64,000 nucleotides of DNA from the human T2T-CHM13v2.0 reference genome, Homo sapiens, in the NCBI RefSeq assembly GCF_009914755.1, contig NC_060947.1; one strand, given 5' to 3'. The position numbers and the translations under genes are program-made. Below, piece after piece: positions 1 to 14,433 of this stretch. Within the stretch, counting starts at the first letter, position 1. Each line of letters opens with the position of its first letter. The notes beneath the pieces are model-generated. The model was not told the origin of the DNA. It saw only the letters and a list, made by a program, of their open reading frames with translations, and searched no databases.

Positions 1-829
1 CACAGATGTATGTATAAAAACAAGTAAGATTAACCATAGGTGAGATTTTGTCACTTGAAACATAATAATATCATGTATAACTAATTGTTGCATGTTCTAA
101 TTAATTGCATATTTTGATTAATTCTTTGGCAGGGAATAATCCTGGACTAATTTTCACAGAATTAGAAGGCAGTAAAATATACTCACCACTGCAATTATAC
201 TAAACATAGTTGAATGGAGAAGATTGGTTTGAATCTACACTAATCCCAAGATGTACATGGGAATTTGTTCTTTAAAAAAATACCCAGCATACTTGTCATT
301 TATCATATTGTTATAAAACTCAAGAAGAGAAAAGACCCCAATTACTTTTGCTTTCCAGTTGTTTGGAGATCTGATAAAAGGAGGTATTTTGAAAATGGCT
401 CAACAACAACTGACAAAAGTCCCTAATGGATCATATGCTTTGTCATCCTCAGTAGCATCACTGGTTTACTCTGCAAACATTAGCAGTTTCCTTAATCTCC
501 ACAGTCATTGGCTTGAGAGTGAAAACACTGCATCACCTAGTTAGAACCACAAAAACTAGATTGGTTTTATATTTAAGTGCTTTGAAAATTTAGAATAACA
601 CCTGGTAACTTATAACAATTGTCCAGGGAACATCTATAACGTGCAATTGCTCAGGGAGTGTTTCGGTAAAATTTATCCTGAAACAAGTTGGCCAGCAGCC
701 ACATCTTGAAAACATCTATGTTATAAAGAAAAATTTCATCATACTGGTACATTTTTCCATAGAGTTTGGCATGTATTATCAATCCACTATTACTTTAGAA
801 GTATAATCTTAATAATATTTTTTGAAACC

Positions 830-1025
830 ACAAGGTTTACATTTATATTTTCCTGATTTTCTAGGAAAATTAGATGGACCTGTGATAGAAGTAGCATTCA
901 GTATAATAAGTATATTTTACAGTCACCACATACACAGTTACTTTGAATATCTGTCTTCATTCTATATCTACCAAGGATTCCACGTCTCACTATTTCCAGA
1001 AGGCTTTTTCAAAGCACGAATTCTA
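830..1025 (-). pseudogene. Pseudo-exon (RGS-like C-half): VEFVL*KSLLEIVRRGILGRYRMKTDIQSNCVCGD...
   Basis: Acceptor ccccattctcaattcag; phase 1 entry matches exit of the 1202-1400 segment; donor not determined. Confidence 0.35.
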
Positions 1026-1201
1026 CTGAATTGAGAATGGGGATGTTGTTTGTTGTTTTCCAGAAATAGACTTGCATGCTACTATATTTTGAGCAAATGA
1101 TCACAAACACATCCGCATGAGAAGGCAACAGATGTAAAGAAAAAACTTCTATATTTATTACAAACCAAGGGAGCAATGCAAGTATCACAGCAAATTTGTA
1201 C

Positions 1202-1400
1202 CAACAATTATATATATTCTTTTGCTGACAGCTTGGTCTGCAAAGCTGCTAGAGTGCAGAATCAGCAAGTCTAACCCAGAGGCAACTCCAATCTGATGGA
1301 TAATATTTGATTCAGTAAATGAAGTCAAGTAGGAGTTTAAAAACCAGTTACATCTTCTTTCATCAGACATTGCTTCATCTTGTCAGTCTTTTTTTGTAGA
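1202..1400 (-). pseudogene. Pseudo-exon (RGS-like N-half): LQKKTDKMKQCLMKEDVT/FLNSYLTSFTESNIIHQIGVASGLDLLILHSSSFADQAVSKRIYIIV
   Basis: Acceptor ttattcaatttacag, donor ttg|gtacaa; one frameshift; overlaps ORF 1185..1370. Confidence 0.4.
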
Positions 1401-1819
1401 CTGTAAATTGAATAATACAAAATGTTATCTGCAAAAAATTTTTCAGCTTGTTATAAAGTGAGACCATTTGTGAAAGGATGAAATAGTTACAAATGCGTAT
1501 TTGTTACTGATAAATGATGGCATGTATGATCCAGTGTTTTGAACTTTCCTCCACATTAAAAAAAAATGTTGGAGATAAGAAAACTAACCCAGGTTTTTTT
1601 TTTTCTTCTGAGTACAACAGATAAAAGGAAAAGTTAGCCTGGGAGGGATTTTTGAAGTTCTTTGGTTCACTGATTTTCTAACCTGCTTTCACATTATAAA
1701 GCACCTAAAGTACTTTTTGAAAATATAGTGTTAGGCTCCACTCTGAAATTTTGATTCAGGAAATCTGAAACTACCTACTAAGTACTGTCACCACAACAAG
1801 TCTATGCACTTATTCAGAA

Positions 1820-2000
1820 CTACTGATCTAATTCAACTCCTTACTCAATGCGGAATCCTCTTTACAAAAACCTTAAAATGTGGCTGTTCACTGACTCAAG
1901 GCAGCATAGTCCATTGTTGGACAATTCTAGTTCAGAGAAAGTTTTTATGTATTAACCCCAAATCCTAGAAACTTCTCCCCAATATTGTGTGTCCAGCAAC
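1820..2000 (-). mobile_element. Old L3/CR1 3' fragment
   Basis: cactgactcaaggcagcatagtccattgttggacaattctagttcagagaaag resembles the L3 3' region in reverse; highly diverged. Confidence 0.4.
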
Positions 2001-2486
2001 TTCACATGACCCTTCCATGGTCACACATGTGCTTGGTTCATCAGGGACTCCTTATTTTGCTTAGCCAATTCTGTCTCAGGGCCTAAGGAGTGTGCGTATC
2101 AAAAAACAAAATTGCATTAAAAGTTACATTTATATTGATGAAACAAAATATCCACAGGTTTATGTCCCTCAATTAGTAGCTATGCTGGATTGAGCTGTTC
2201 ACTCAGAAATGGCTTCTAATAACTTAAATGTTGGCTGAGTGTTTAAGATTAAGATTTGCCACTTAAATGACAGCAACACTTCATTCAGTATTGGGAAGTG
2301 TGAGAAATTTGACTGACAAGCCCCACTAGCCTATTTACAGGTATCAGGGTTACAGTTGAATTTAACCTTACACTCAGGCTTCTCCAGACCAAAAGAGCCC
2401 CATCTTCTGAACTTCCTCAAAAAGCGAAAGACAGATCTGAGAAACCTGTGCCAAGACAATCACATCACTGGGAATAAGAATAGTAC

Positions 2487-2958
2487 TGTGAACCCCAGAA
2501 ATCTAAGACAGGTCTCAGTTAATTTAGAAAGTTTATTTTGCCAAGGTTGAGAATGCACACCTGTGACACAGCCTTAGCGTGTCCTGATGACATGTGCCCA
2601 TGGTGGTCAGAGCACAGTTTGGTTTTATACATTTTAGAGACATGTGAGACATCAATCAACATATGCAAGATGAACATTGGTTCGGTTCAGAAAGGTGGGG
2701 GACAACTAGAAGCAAAGACAGGACAACTCAAAGTGGGGAGTGGGCTTCCAGGTCAAAGGTAGATAAGGGACAAAAGATTTCATTCTTTTGAGTTTCTGAT
2801 TTTCCTCTCCAAATGAGGCAATCAGATATGCATTTGTCTCAGTGAGCAGAGGGGTAACTGAATCAAACAGGACGCAGATTTGCCCTAAGCAGTTCCCAGT
2901 TTGACTTTTCCCTTTAGCTTAGTGATTTTGGGGCCCCAATATTTATTTTCCTGTCACA
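2487..2958 (-). mobile_element. MER4A1 3' LTR
   Basis: Reverse complement begins tgtgacaggaaaataaatattgggg...caaaatcactaagctaaaggg; polypurine tract adjacent at 2959-2975. Confidence 0.9.
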
Positions 2959-5587
2959 CATTCCCCCTTCTCATTTTAAAAATCTTTTGGAGAAAGCATT
3001 TTAGAAGAAAATAAGTCTATGATCTCAGGTTTCGTCTGATAGATCATGGCTAGAATGGTTTATTCCTAGATGGGTAGGTCCTGAGTTATTAGGAAAGTTC
3101 ATTTTTAGCAAATTGTGAAGTCTCATGTTTATGAAGAGAAAATAGGGGGAAGAGGGGAGAAAAACAACAACAAACCAAAGGATGAGTCTTTACTCATCCT
3201 GGAAAATCAATATAAGGCACATTACTCTGAAGTCCATACATCAGTAGGCAGCTATGAAAATGGTTTATGTAGGTAAATAGGTTGCTGTTATTTTCTTCTG
3301 AAGTTTAAGTTGTCTAGCTTCAGTTCACAGGGCTTTACAAAAGCACAGCTTAGTTTTCAGTGACTCCAAGTTAGAAAAATGTGGGGAAAGAGAAGGAGAA
3401 ATAACTGAAAACATTATTTTGAAGACTTACAGCCAAGAAAAATTAGAATTCATTCCAAACTATAGAAAATAATAAAAATTGAAAAACATTAGGCAAGACT
3501 AGAATCTAACAACACGTTTACTACAGTTTTTTAAACATATTTTTTCTCTCTCCAGTTTTCCATTTTTACTAAAGACAAATTATGGTAGGACTGATTTGTT
3601 TTATTATACTTGGCCTGATTATTTGTATACAGTGCAGCAAGAATAACATTTTTTACAGAAGCTTTTAAATTGGCTTTGATGGAATTTTGTTTCATAGGAG
3701 TCTCAGATAAGACTTTTAAAGCTGAGCCCAGCCTTGGATTTATACCATCAAATGCCTATGATTTGGGTGAATTCCTCTTCTCTTGAGGTTCCAAGATAAA
3801 CCTGGGGGCTCCTGGTCCTGTCAGAAAGTGACATTCTTTACTTACCCCGGGTTAGGACCCCTGTACAGGGAATGTGTAGACAAGGTATAAAGTCAGTTTT
3901 CCCAAGGGGCTTTTATTGGCTCCACAATTCAAGTTTGATTCCTTAAAGGAAAGCACACCATTCCAGTCAAAGCCTTAGTAAAATAACCAGTTTCTCCAAT
4001 TGCGTCCTGTTATAGAGGAAAACAGATTGTTATTTCACTTGTGCAAATAACAAATATTAAGAATACTCATAAATAGCTTCCAAATACTGGAGAATTCAGG
4101 TAGAGAGAAACAAATATATTCTAAATTTTGTTCATAGAAGTATAATAAATTGTTAAAAGCTGCCAATAGCTCAAAAGAAAAGTTTCCTTGACTCTGGAAA
4201 AACAGAACAAAGGATCAGCAACGTTTTAAGCAAAAAGTCAAAAAGATTACTTCCGTCTTCTACTAGTTCAGTCCATGTAGTTAATTCCTGTTCTGCTTGA
4301 TATTCATGAACATTTCAGTTCTCCATGAGTTCTAAAAGTTTTACTTCTGTTCTGATGTTACAATCTTCAAAGTTATCAGAAACTTGTATTCAAGAGCACC
4401 TGTGGGAGTTTTATAGCTGATTATAAAACCACCTTCTAAAGAGGACCAAAACAAGACAACAATTGTCTGCAGATGACAAAAAGTTTTAGGGCAGCCAGAG
4501 TCAAGGACACAATTGACAAGGAAATTTGTTGCCTTTGTTGCACACAAAAAATTATGTTAATAATTTAACATAACAATTATAATTATTACTGATAATGTCC
4601 ACTAAGTCATATCAGAATTATAGGAGTTTCCCATTATTTTGGAACACATAGCAATAACATATGTATACAAACACGGTGCAAAGAAAACTAAAAGCCATTT
4701 CATATTTGACAGTGTTTTCTGTATAATTTTCATACCGAATAAACCAAATTGTCATTTTTGGACTTCAGGAAACCTAATATCTTAAAGGATTAATTAGGTC
4801 AGAAAAAGACATAATTTATAATTTGATTTTGGTAAGTTTGTCAAATATCCAAAAGTTAGAACACATGATATCACAGGTCATTGTAAAATAAGTCATTCAT
4901 TTGGCCAAAGTGATAACTCAAGGATTTCAAACAAAAAGTGAGAACCTTCACTCTTTGAGAGATTTCTTTTTCCTTTCTCTTTTGCAGCTGTGAGGAATTT
5001 TGGCCATATTAGAGAGACTTTGTTACCCATAATTTGGAATTCTCACTCAGATTTGACCCAGTCAGGTAGAGTTGGTCAAATCTGATGGGAGAAAGAATGG
5101 AACAAACAACAACAACAACAAAAACCCAACAATATGATCACTGAGCACTCTAATGGTAAGGAGAAATTAAGACAAGTTAGTTGTTAAACTTTAGCCAAGG
5201 CAAAACCCCAATTCAGCTACTTACCTAGGGATGGTTCTCAGGCTGAAGATGGCTTTCTACCATTCTAGAAGCAGGAGAAAAAATCCTCAAACTCATCTTC
5301 CCTACTGGGAGCGAACTCAAACTCCATAAAGGAGTTACCTACCTTCCATCATCATGGAAACAGGAAATCTTGCCTTCCTTGTTGGAAACAAGTAAAAAAA
5401 AAAAAAAGGGTGTTGACAGCAAAATAAACTTTAGATCTTGACCAAATTTGGGGAGATCAGGGATTATCTGGAGGGGGTGCTCCTAGACCTAAGCAAATTT
5501 TCCTATTGGTTTGAGCCATAAAGTTAGTTCATACTTGTACCAAGCACCAGTAGGAGATTTGTCAAAAGGAAGGGGCATCTTTATTCA

Positions 5588-5607
5588 GAATCCCTTCATG
5601 GTTACCA
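5588..5607 (-). promoter_or_regulatory. Primer-binding site, tRNA-Arg-like
   Basis: Plus strand gaatcccttcatggttacca matches the recalled tRNA-Arg(TCG) 3' end GAATCCCTTCGTGGTTACCA with one CpG-type mismatch, 3 bp from the 5' LTR. Confidence 0.7.
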
Positions 5608-5610
5608 AAA

Positions 5611-6335
<725 letters not shown>

Positions 6336-7489
6336 TTAAGTGTGTACTGATAATCCTTTTCTTTCCACCTTGTCTTCCTTCTTGGTGGTAAGCTTAGCTC
6401 TTGCTTAGCTCAGTTCACACCTCTGCCATGCCTTGTAATTCTGTGGGACATCACCCGGGGGAGTCCTATTTTGGTTGCCAGCTGGGCTTGGAAGTACAGG
6501 CTCTTTACTCTGGGTCTCCATCCAACTGAGCCACCAGAGCAGGGTCAGACTTGAAAGAAATCCAGGGCAGCTACTGTCCTGACAGATAACCCAGCATCTT
6601 TCATTCCAGAGAACAGTCAAATTAGAGGAGAGAGATTTAAATCTTACCTTGCTGAGAAGAGGCTGTCACAACCCAGACCGCTCACTGAGAACAGCATTCT
6701 GACTAAACCTTGGAAGGGTATGGACATAGTAAAGGAGATTACTTGGGTTTGAGGTCAACAACTCTCTGCACTGAATGCAATGAGGGTGCCAAATGTCATC
6801 TTCTAAATTAAGGACCTGGCCAACTTAATGCAAAGACAGGCAGGGGAAGAAAAAGAAAAATACGGAGGAGGAAACAAAGACGATGAGAGTAAAGTCAGGA
6901 AAAGGGAAATTGAGTATACAGGAAAAAGGAAAGGAATTTGATTAAGGTGAATGGGAACATCTCCTTCCCCACCCCCACCTCAGGAATTGTTAGGACTGCA
7001 GCTGCTCTTTTAACTTTTTTTTTTTCCTGAAGTCAATTTTTATGCATAGGACTCAGGAAGTTTAAAATTAAATGACACTTGCCAGTTTTTTGACTCAGTG
7101 TAACTTCCCTCTCATGTTATCCTTTTTTTTTCCTTTGCTGATTCGTGTAAGCAAACCCATTATCTGAACAAAGGGGAGCTGACAGAGTGTCCTGACCTTA
7201 TCTTTTCCAACTCCTAATTATTTTCACAAGGTACTGAAATGAAGTTTTGGATTTATTTTTTAAGTTGGGGAACTAGAAAATAAAGGAGTGAAATTGTGCT
7301 ATCTCTGATGACACCAACAATTTTCCAGATTTAATTTAGTTTATTTTAAAAAAATGCTACAAAAAACCCCATCCTAACACCAACAAAAAGAACATCAACA
7401 AACCAGCCTGACTAAGCCCAGACCCCTGTCAGGAAATGAAATTGATTAAAGGTGCCCCCTCTTCCTGTTACTGTCTGTAACACTTGTCT

Positions 7490-7725
7490 ATTTCTGCCAA
7501 AACATGTATCAAAATCTGTAATTTTCTTGTTTATTTTTTCTGTTTTTTTTTTTTTTTTATGTTTTGCCTGTCTCCCTCCCAGTAGAATGTCAGATCCATT
7601 AGGGCAGGGATTGATTAATTAATTGTTTTGCTCCCTACCATATATATTTCTGAACTAGGAAAGTACCCAGACATAGCAGGCACTCAATAAACATTGATTG
7701 ATTGATTGAATGAATGAATGAATGG
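7490..7725 (+). mobile_element. L2 3' end
   Basis: gcctgtctccctcccagtagaatgtcag...gcactcaataaacatt followed by (TGAA)n tail. Confidence 0.75.
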
Positions 7726-7779
7726 TGAGGCTCACTGAACAGACAGAACAAGCCTTTAGGAGAGATCCAAACCACTAGT

Positions 7780-8290
7780 CTGTAAAGTACTATGTCATCT
7801 GACCCCTGCCTACCACAGCAACTTCATAATTTACTCTCCCTCTGACCTTTGAACTCCTCTCACACACTATATTCTACCTACCTCAGGGTGTGATACATGA
7901 GATTTCATTTACCTGGGATTTTGGGATGCTCTTACTGGCTTGGCAACTTCTCATCTTTCTGATCTCATTATAAAGGCACCTACATGAAAACTTCTTGGCC
8001 ATCCCAAGTAGCCAAGTAGCCTCTCCTTAGCCCCTATTCTACTCCTTGTTATTCTCTCTCATTTTACATTGTTCCTTTCCTTCAAGGGATTATTTTTTGT
8101 AATTTATAATTCTATATTTATTTACTTCTTTATTGCCTGCCCCCTCCCATTGTTATATTCATAACGACTGGGATTATGTTTTTTTTTTCTTAACTCTGTA
8201 TCCCCAACATCTAATACAATCATTGGTACAGAGTAGATAATTAAATATTTGCTGATTAAATGAGTAAGTAAATGAATAAATGAATTGCTA
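7780..8290 (+). mobile_element. L2 3' region
   Basis: Pyrimidine-rich L2 body ending aaatatttgctgattaaatgagtaagtaaatgaataaatgaat. Confidence 0.65.
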
Positions 8291-10339
8291 ATGTTCCTTC
8301 TCCCACACCTCATTGTGCAGACATGCCATCCTGAGGTCTGGTGTTTTTATACTTTTGGCATGGCCATGTACCCTCAGACCCCACCAGAGAAAACCTTGGG
8401 CTAGGAAAGCCTGGATAGTCCCAATTACACTTCAATGATTTGAAATTAAGGTTATATGAATAATTTATTTTGAAAGGAAGAAATATAAAGAAGGGAAACA
8501 TTTTTGTTTTCATTTCTTATGCTCAAAGTGGTTTGGGTTCAAAGTTGGATTTTTGTTGTAAATACACCACACTTGCAGCAATACAATATACCATGTTATT
8601 TTTGTCACAAACAGCAGATTTCCTAATGGGAGCTAGAGAGTCCTTTGGGAACTTGGCCAACCAGGCCTAGTAAGCCATTTTGATCATGTCATCTTGGATT
8701 AATTGCTATTTGGGCTCCATGCTTTCTTTGCCTGGATTAGGGGACAGGGCTTGTGCAAGCTCCTGATCAGGCCTCCTGCTGCCAGCACAATACTGTCTCC
8801 CACTCTCCTCAAATTCTTTATCTTCACCTGTTCTGGAACTCTCTAACACCCTATGACTTCAGCAGCTGTTGTCTCTGCCCCTGAATCAGACATGTGTTCA
8901 ATAGAGGGGTTTATATAACTAGGCCCTGAGAAGGATTTTTCCAAATGGAACTACCCCATATATTTTATTTACTTTAGGATATATTGCTTCTGTCTCTGTA
9001 TCCTTCCTAGTAAATATCATGTCTCTTAACTTTCTGGAGTCATGTTTATAAATGCAGCAGATTTGTGTACTATGTACAGACCTTGCTGATTTGCAGCTCC
9101 TAGCACCAATCCTTGTGTTTAGTAGACATTCAGTAATTATTGTTTAATCAAATTGGATCAAATCTGAAAGCGTATTGATGCCATTAGAGGAAGAAGAATC
9201 CAAAAAGACTGTCTTCCTAGGAAGGAAACTTCTTCATCTCTTTGACATTTTGAGAACTCCTTGTGTGAGGGCAACATGTGTAGATGAGATTTAGATTATG
9301 GTTTAAGACTAACTACTAACTGCTGGCCTCTATCAGTAACAGGAAGGGACAGTTAGCAAAATGGTGATTGAGTTTCTGATTCAGTTTCTATTGAAAGGAT
9401 CTAAAATAATATGTATACAATTCATTGTAACTAGATGTTGGAGGTTTGAAATATTCCGAAAAGGATTCTAATTTAAAATATTGAAAAATATGCTTTGAAT
9501 ATATACAAATTCAAAACACTATATGGGAAAAATGAAAATAAAATAGAAATTGTGAATAAAATATATTAATGTTACAAAAGAAAGTAAAATTGAATCATAT
9601 AGTAACATCTAGCTTTATTTTCAGAAAGTATTATCAAATGAAGAAAACAATAATATCTAAAACAAAAAACTACAAAATATTTGATGCACCAAATAAATTG
9701 AACTATCAAGTATTTCCAAAGGCCTAAGATTTCTTACATATAGACAGTACTAATATAAAATTTGTGTGAGTTGTAAAAACTGCCCAGTTCCAGACTCCAA
9801 GGGATACAAACAAATATAGTAGCTTTCTTTTTCTCTGTTGAAACTAAATTTTACTAACTCCTGGACTTATTCTCATTTCCAGGTCAAGATTTTGTTAACT
9901 CAGACTTTATACTTCGTCCAAATGACATTTGCATTGACAATCTCAGAAACCATTTTTGTCAGAGTTCCCGACAACATCCAACTCTGTCTGAGATTCCCCC
10001 TAAATCTCTAGGGGTCATCTGAGCCCACCTTCACCCTGCATCTCCTGCTCCTTTTATTCACTTCTGCGAAAAGAGGGAGTTGTGTTCACCTTCTTTTTGC
10101 ATTTAGCAAATGAAAACAATCAATGGTATTTACAATTTCCAACATACATAATTAAGAGACAAGGCAGAAAAGATTTAAAGCAGACTTTCAAGATTTAGTC
10201 AATACTAAACCTGTGGTACATTTGTATAGTTTGCTGATCTGGATGCTTTGAGGATATAATGTCCCTCCTATAGAACTAATCATTCATGCTGCTTAGCCCT
10301 CATTTATTTTCTGACTCCTAAGAGCACCATGCTTTACGT

Positions 10340-10580
10340 AAAATGAGTGCACAAAGGTCAGGTGGCTTGAGAATTTGTATTTAGTTCAGAGACTTGAAAA
10401 TTTGGTAGGCTATGCTTGTATTTTTTTCCCCTAAATCTGAAAAACCTGTGATTTTCCTTTCCCCAGAGGCAGTCTGCTGGATTAGATGGAGACACGTTCT
10501 GCCCCAAAGACAGAAACTAAATAATATCCGGAAATATCTTGATCTGAAGCAAAAGCCATGCCAAACGTTACTGAAGAAAG
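10340..10580 (-). pseudogene. Pseudo-exon; reading frame and donor uncertain
   Basis: Strong acceptor tcttatttttatatttcaaag; phase-1 join from 11417 gives ...KPEIEAFFSNVWHGFCF. Confidence 0.35.
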
Positions 10581-10952
10581 CTTTGAAATATAAAAATAAG
10601 ATTAGAATAAGAATCCCAGTGTCCTACACTAAATATTTTAACAAAGAAATCGTTCACCACTTAGCACTTTGTGTAATACTGTACAGATTCTAAATAAAAA
10701 TGGGATTACATAATTAGTACATTGATCAAAAATTGTGAAAATTAGCTTCAAGTTCTTAATAAGTCATAGCTGAACCTCAGCATGGGCAAACTGCTGAATG
10801 TTCAAGGGATGAAAAATAGAATTTCTGTTATGTAGCTCTAGGAGCATCATGAAAATATTCAATCAATCTGGCAGATTAAAGATACTGCAGGCATCCTTTA
10901 TTGTCAGAGATTTGATTCATAATCTATACTTATCAAATTTGGTGACATTAAA

Positions 10953-11138
10953 CAGTGGTTTTCAAAATTTAATATGCTTCAGAATCAACTGTCATGCTTG
11001 ATTAAATGCAGATTCTTTGGCTAATACAAAAAACAGTCTCATTCAATGGATTGGTGTTGACCCAAGAATCTGCACTTTAACAAACAAGGCAGGTAATTAT
11101 AAAACTAGTTGACCACAGACTATGTTTGGCAAACAATG
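10953..11138. mobile_element. MER5-family hAT-Charlie MITE
   Basis: cagtggttttcaaa...agaatcaact...gcagattc...ccaagaatctgcactttaacaa...aaacaatg. Confidence 0.7.
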
Positions 11139-11149
11139 CTCTAGTAACC

Positions 11150-11381
11150 CAGGGGTCAGCGGACATTTTCTGTAAAGGGTCAGATAGTAAAATATTTTCT
11201 GCTTTGTGAACCAAATGATCTGTCACAGCTACTCAACTCTGCCCTTGTAGCATGAAAACAACAATAGACAATATGTAAACGAATGGGAGTGACTGTATTC
11301 CAATCACATTTTATATGCAAAAAGAAGCCTTAGCTTGAGTTTAACCCGTGGGCTATAGATAGCATACTTTTCAGAACCTTG
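11150..11381 (+). mobile_element. MER58A
   Basis: caggggtcagc...ttttctgtaaagggtcagatagtaaa...actcaactctgcccttgtagcatgaaa. Confidence 0.85.
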
Positions 11382-11416
11382 GTATAAAGAATTAACTCTT
11401 GTTACACACCTAATAC

Positions 11417-11507
11417 CTTCAATCTCAGGTTTTTCTTTTTGTATCTGGTTTATAGTAGAGAGGAGCATCTGTTGGTCAACTGTGATTTTAGAGTCTGGCT
11501 CCATTTG
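11417..11507 (-). pseudogene. Pseudo-exon QMEPDSKITVDQQMLLSTINQIQKEKPEIE (RGS 'EVNID' region-like)
   Basis: Acceptor ttctctattttatttggtatttacaatag, donor gaag|gtatta; 91 nt, fully open, phase 0 in and phase 1 out. Confidence 0.55.
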
Positions 11508-11759
11508 CTATTGTAAATACCAAATAAAATAGAGAACAAAATTTTTTGAGCTGTCTACACAAAATAAAGGGAAATTCTCATGACCTATTTTCCAGAAAAT
11601 CTTCTTGGATTAACCAAGCCCTGTCTGTAGTTAACCAACACATTCTCCTGCTCATGTTTTCTCTACAATTCGCATTAATGATTCTTAACCCCAGTATGAC
11701 AATAATATGGGGCAGGAAGATTGAGCAAGCTCTTTTGATAGAACAAGGACAAAACATAC

Positions 11760-11895
11760 CTGGCATTTGTGCTGCCATTTCAATTCACAACACCCATAGT
11801 AGACATTGCCAATCACCGGTAGTACTCTTTCCTTCTGAGTGCCTATATGGCCACAAAGTATTTCTCAAGAATTCCAGGTACTCATTACCATCAGA
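11760..11895 (-). pseudogene. Pseudo-exon ...NS*EILCGHIGTQKERVLPVIGNVYYGCCELKWQHKCQ
   Basis: Acceptor caactctag, strong donor cag|gtatgt; phase-0 exit joins 11507 in frame. Confidence 0.5.
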
Positions 11896-12883
11896 CTAGA
11901 GTTGTCATGTGAGATAAAAATTATGTGTCATCCCTTAATAAGCTAGCCTTACTATATAGAATTTTTATTATCTGGGGTTATTCTATTTGGAGGCACATAG
12001 TATTATTTCTACTATATCTTAATCCATATAATTATGAGCCTTGCTTAATAGAGTTACATAATACACATTTTAATTGGTTGTCATTTTCTGTTAGAATATT
12101 AGTATCAAATTTGAGGACTGTGACTAGTTTATCATGTTATACCCTGAGATCATTCGAGAAACACTTGTTGCCAGGTTTGTATATCATCTTTTCTCATTAA
12201 AATTTCTATATTCATCATGTCTATATTCATCATGACTATGATAGTATACTGAAAACTTCTGCTAATAGTTACCTAACTAAAGGGCATTTGAAACCATATA
12301 AACTGACATTATTGGCAATCTGTAAATTGAATTGACCTATAGTTTCTTTTCTGGAAAGATATCATTGCAACTATAGCATATCTTTGAAGTAGCATTTTAG
12401 ATCTATTTGGGTTAATATTTACTGTTAAAGAATTGTTTGGCTGCATAATTAAAATGTTCACTTACTAAGCACAATGTAGTTTCTAGCATTAAATGGACTC
12501 TCTTGCACAGCATGCTACCGACTCTGCAAACTCATGAAGTCATATGCTAGCTATTTCAGTAAAACTTATTTAGTAAAACTTGAAGAAAAATTAGCATTTA
12601 ATGAAGCAAAGCAATTTTCAAAGCATTTACAATTCCATCCTGGCACATAAAGTTCATGTGTAATATGACTTTATCTAAATATTTACTGAGGTGGTAGCAA
12701 GTGTTTTACTGTTGGCAGGATTGGTTATGAAGGATTTGACCTGAAACTCAAATTGAATAGGATGAAAAGTTAAGTACAGAGAGCGAATACGGTCTAACTA
12801 GGTGGCTTGCCACAAAGTTTCTAGCATAGGCAAGCTGGCATGTGATCTGAGAGGCCATCTCCATTAGACACCCAGCTTTTCAC

Positions 12884-13287
12884 CTAGCAAATTTGATAGA
12901 AACTCAAACACCAAAATGAAGCAGATGGATAGTGGCAACCTTCTGTATCTAGTACTGGTGTTTCAGCACCATAACCTCCCTTATAGGTATTCTCCAGGCT
13001 TTTCCTATAGACTTCTGTTATGCCTTGGGGAACATGATCTGACCTCTGATATTTCCAAATCTCCATAACAGGATCTGAGTTTGTTTATTTTTAACCAAGC
13101 TTCTTCCCTTAAAACATTAAAAATCTCTTCTAGCTGCTCAACAAAACTTTCGACGGCTTTAGGCAAAGAGAGAGCATTTGTTAGAGGTTCTAGGAAGACC
13201 CAACTCCAGAAATAATATGTTCCCCATCCTTATAGTTCTGATGTCTGTCTTTGAGACACATAAGAAACTGTTTACTCTAGATATTCT
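12884..13287 (-). pseudogene. Pseudo-exon ENI*SKQFLMCLKDRHQNYKDGEHIISG/VFLEPLTNALSLPKAVESFVEQLEEIFNVLREEAWLK/...MEIWKYQRSDHVPQGITEVY
   Basis: Acceptor tatag after a pyrimidine tract, donor tag|gtgaaa; two inferred frameshifts; helical protein-like translation. Confidence 0.5.
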
Positions 13288-13656
13288 CTATACTTGACAT
13301 TTATCAAGAAGATATGGGAAATAAAGAGGGGTTATAAGTGAATCTATGAGAATGAAGCACATGCAACTCGTGCAAATTTCAGAGAGAGAAGAGAGACAGT
13401 GGAACAGAAATGTTGGTGCAAAGGGGGCCTTGCAAAAGAAAGTGGGGTTGAGAAATCTGTAATGGACGCTTTGAATACTGCAGGAAATGAGATCCAGGTG
13501 GGTTTTGGACATGTTCTGGCCAAAATTGTGACCAGGTTTATCAACTATTGACAAGCTTAGTTTACCAAACCAAGAACCTTCTTGTTCTAAGATTTCAGTA
13601 CACAGGACTAAGCTTCCAGAAAATTTGGGTAGTAGATTCAGTGTCTTCAATTTGCC

Positions 13657-13680
13657 TTTTTTTTTTTTTTTTTTTTTTTT
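13657..13680. repeat. Poly(T) 24
   Basis: Direct count. Confidence 0.95.
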
Positions 13681-14327
13681 CACTTTTCTCACTCTGGAAT
13701 TTTCCCACCACAACAATCACATCTTGTGCTTAATATCCTCCCTAGGCATTCAGCCACTCTCTTTGGAATATCAAAACATCTGGAAAATGTTGGGTGAGCT
13801 CATTTGCTCTAAGGTGTTAATGATGGGTGAAAAGCTTAATATGTTGCCTTTCCCATGTGAGTGTGTCTTGGGTCCAAAAAATGACTAATGAGAGCTATTC
13901 TGAACATTCTTCAGTATGGGAGAGGTATAGGTGATATAGAAGGTTTTCTTACTGTCACTGAAATCACAGTCCTGTAGGCCACTGATCACTCATAAAGTCT
14001 TCCCTGTGGTTGGCTGTGGAAATACAGATAGGAAAAATGTGGCTGGTTCTCTCAGTGTTTGATCTAGAACTATCATTAAGCCCCCCCTTTTTTTGCTTTT
14101 GTTTGGTTCAATTTGCTTTTAGTTTTTTGAAATCAGGCTCTGATAAGAATGCTAGAAAATTCTGAAAGACTCATCTCAAGACTTTCTAGACAAACAATGT
14201 ATATTTTATTTTTTGTACAAGGTTATTTGGGGAGTGGGATAAGGGAGAATTCAGAGAGTTCAGGGCAAACCCTAGGATACAGATACCAATTTCAGAGTGC
14301 CAGCCAGGCCTTAGAAAATCTACTTAC

Positions 14328-14433
14328 CATACCCAGGGAACCCATTGCTAATTTGAATGACCAATTTGTTGTTTTTAACCCAAAGTTTTCTCTCATCAAG
14401 TCATTGTCTCTATTTAAACAATTATTTGCCAGT
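14328..14433 (-). pseudogene. Pseudo-exon, 106 nt
   Basis: Acceptor attattatacag, strong donor atg|gtaagt; length fits phase 0 in and phase 1 out between neighbours, although that frame has three stops. Confidence 0.45.

Noticed and set aside
188-273. Minus-strand exon-like segment with gtg|gtgagt donor
   Set aside because: Stops in all three frames and no motif; may be another decayed exon but unsupported.
13288-13888. 142-aa poly-K and poly-F ORFs
   Set aside because: They span a poly(T) tract and have no splice or motif support.
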